Assembly: GCA_965214515.1 (NCBI GenBank)
Contig: OZ243955.1
Span: 2,657,773-2,721,772, forward strand
DNA from: Aggregatilineales bacterium
GTDB taxonomy: Bacteria; Chloroflexota; Anaerolineae; Aggregatilineales; Phototrophicaceae
DNA: 64,000 nt
Reading direction: 5' to 3'
The notes under the pieces were generated by a model. It saw nothing but the letters and a program-made list of their open reading frames with translations, did no database searches and was not told where the DNA came from. Positions 63,529 through 64,000 of this stretch are shown here, piece after piece. Position 1 is the stretch's first letter. Each line of letters begins with the position of its first letter. The position numbers and the translations under genes are program-made.

Positions 63529-64000
63529 TGATGGCGCTTGAGCGATTATGTATCGAACTGCTGCTGCATTTTGTAACCCGCGAGGAACTCAACGCTTTCC
63601 TGCGCGTGCCGCAAAACACAGCGACCCTGGTCGGCTGTCTGATTGCCATCAGCGGCGCCTTGCTGGGGACTTTTCTGCTGCTGCGCGGCATGTCGCTGAC
63701 CAGCGATGCCATCAGCCATACGGTGCTGCTGGGCATTGTGGTGGCCTTTTTGCTGATGACCGATGTCTTCGGGTTGGAAGGCGATACCTCCTCACCTTGG
63801 CTTATCATTGGGGCATCGCTGGCTGGGGTGGCCACCGTCGTCCTGACGGAATTGCTGCATCACTCCGGTTTGGTGCGGCAGGATGCGGCCTTGGGCTTGG
63901 CTTTTCCACTGCTGTTTGCGATTGCGGTTATTTTGGTCTCGCGCTTTGCCGAGGATATTCACCTGGATGAGGATGCGGTGCTGGTTGGAGAAATCGGGCT
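63528..64000 (+). CDS. Second metal ABC transporter (ABC-3) permease, N-terminal part; 3' end lies outside the window
   Basis: This open frame is not in the ORF track. The ATG at 63528 overlaps the previous TGA. The translation is MMALERLCIELLLHF...LLLRGMSLTSDAISHTVLLGIVVAFL...FAEDIHLDEDAVLVGEIG, with no stop up to the window end. Confidence 0.8.
   Translation, partial: MMALERLCIELLLHFVTREELNAFLRVPQNTATLVGCLIAISGALLGTFLLLRGMSLTSDAISHTVLLGIVVAFLLMTDVFGLEGDTSSPWLIIGASLAGVATVVLTELLHHSGLVRQDAALGLAFPLLFAIAVILVSRFAEDIHLDEDAVLVGEIG

Overview
This is a densely coding bacterial chromosomal segment with about 58 protein-coding genes on both strands. Sampled 60-nt lines are mostly 55-70% G+C. I recognise no rRNA, tRNA, CRISPR array, transposase or integrase. 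Most genes are metabolic or housekeeping. They include an amide/peptide catabolic cluster (serine hydrolase, amidase with a small partner ORF, deacetylase, aminotransferase, M20 peptidase), sthA, tsaD, recF, gatC, a nitrilase, an S8 protease, a NUDIX hydrolase, a cyclophilin and a sulfatase/serine-hydrolase/Ldh2 operon. There is also a Zn/Cd-type P1B ATPase, a sugar ABC importer cluster with a DegT aminotransferase, and a TroA/Mnt-type metal ABC importer that runs off the right edge. Lineage cannot be assigned without a database search; the PT-rich surface protein, LCP protein, FHA proteins and GAF-cyclases would fit Chloroflexota or another high-GC monoderm-like group (inference only). The main candidate for an undescribed system is an AT-rich two-gene cassette at 40282-42157 (minus strand). 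It encodes an ABC/SMC-like AAA_15/21-type ATPase with a DUF3696-like tail, translationally coupled to a PIN-domain nuclease, which looks like a sensor-ATPase plus nuclease-effector defence module. Other notable items are listed below.
- Two tandem GAF-PAS-class III cyclase paralogs whose catalytic residues are degenerate in complementary ways, implying an obligate heterodimer.
- A metal ABC permease fused to a DtxR-like domain, with a DtxR/IdeR-box-like operator in the operon promoter.
- An orphan HK97-type portal gene.
- A 1336-aa vWA/Ig-repeat/PT-rich surface protein with three near-identical 273-bp repeats.
- An AtzG-like small ORF coupled to an amidase.
- An AT-rich class II Fic gene with an unknown C-terminal domain.
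All family assignments rest on motifs read by eye from the translations. No searches were run.
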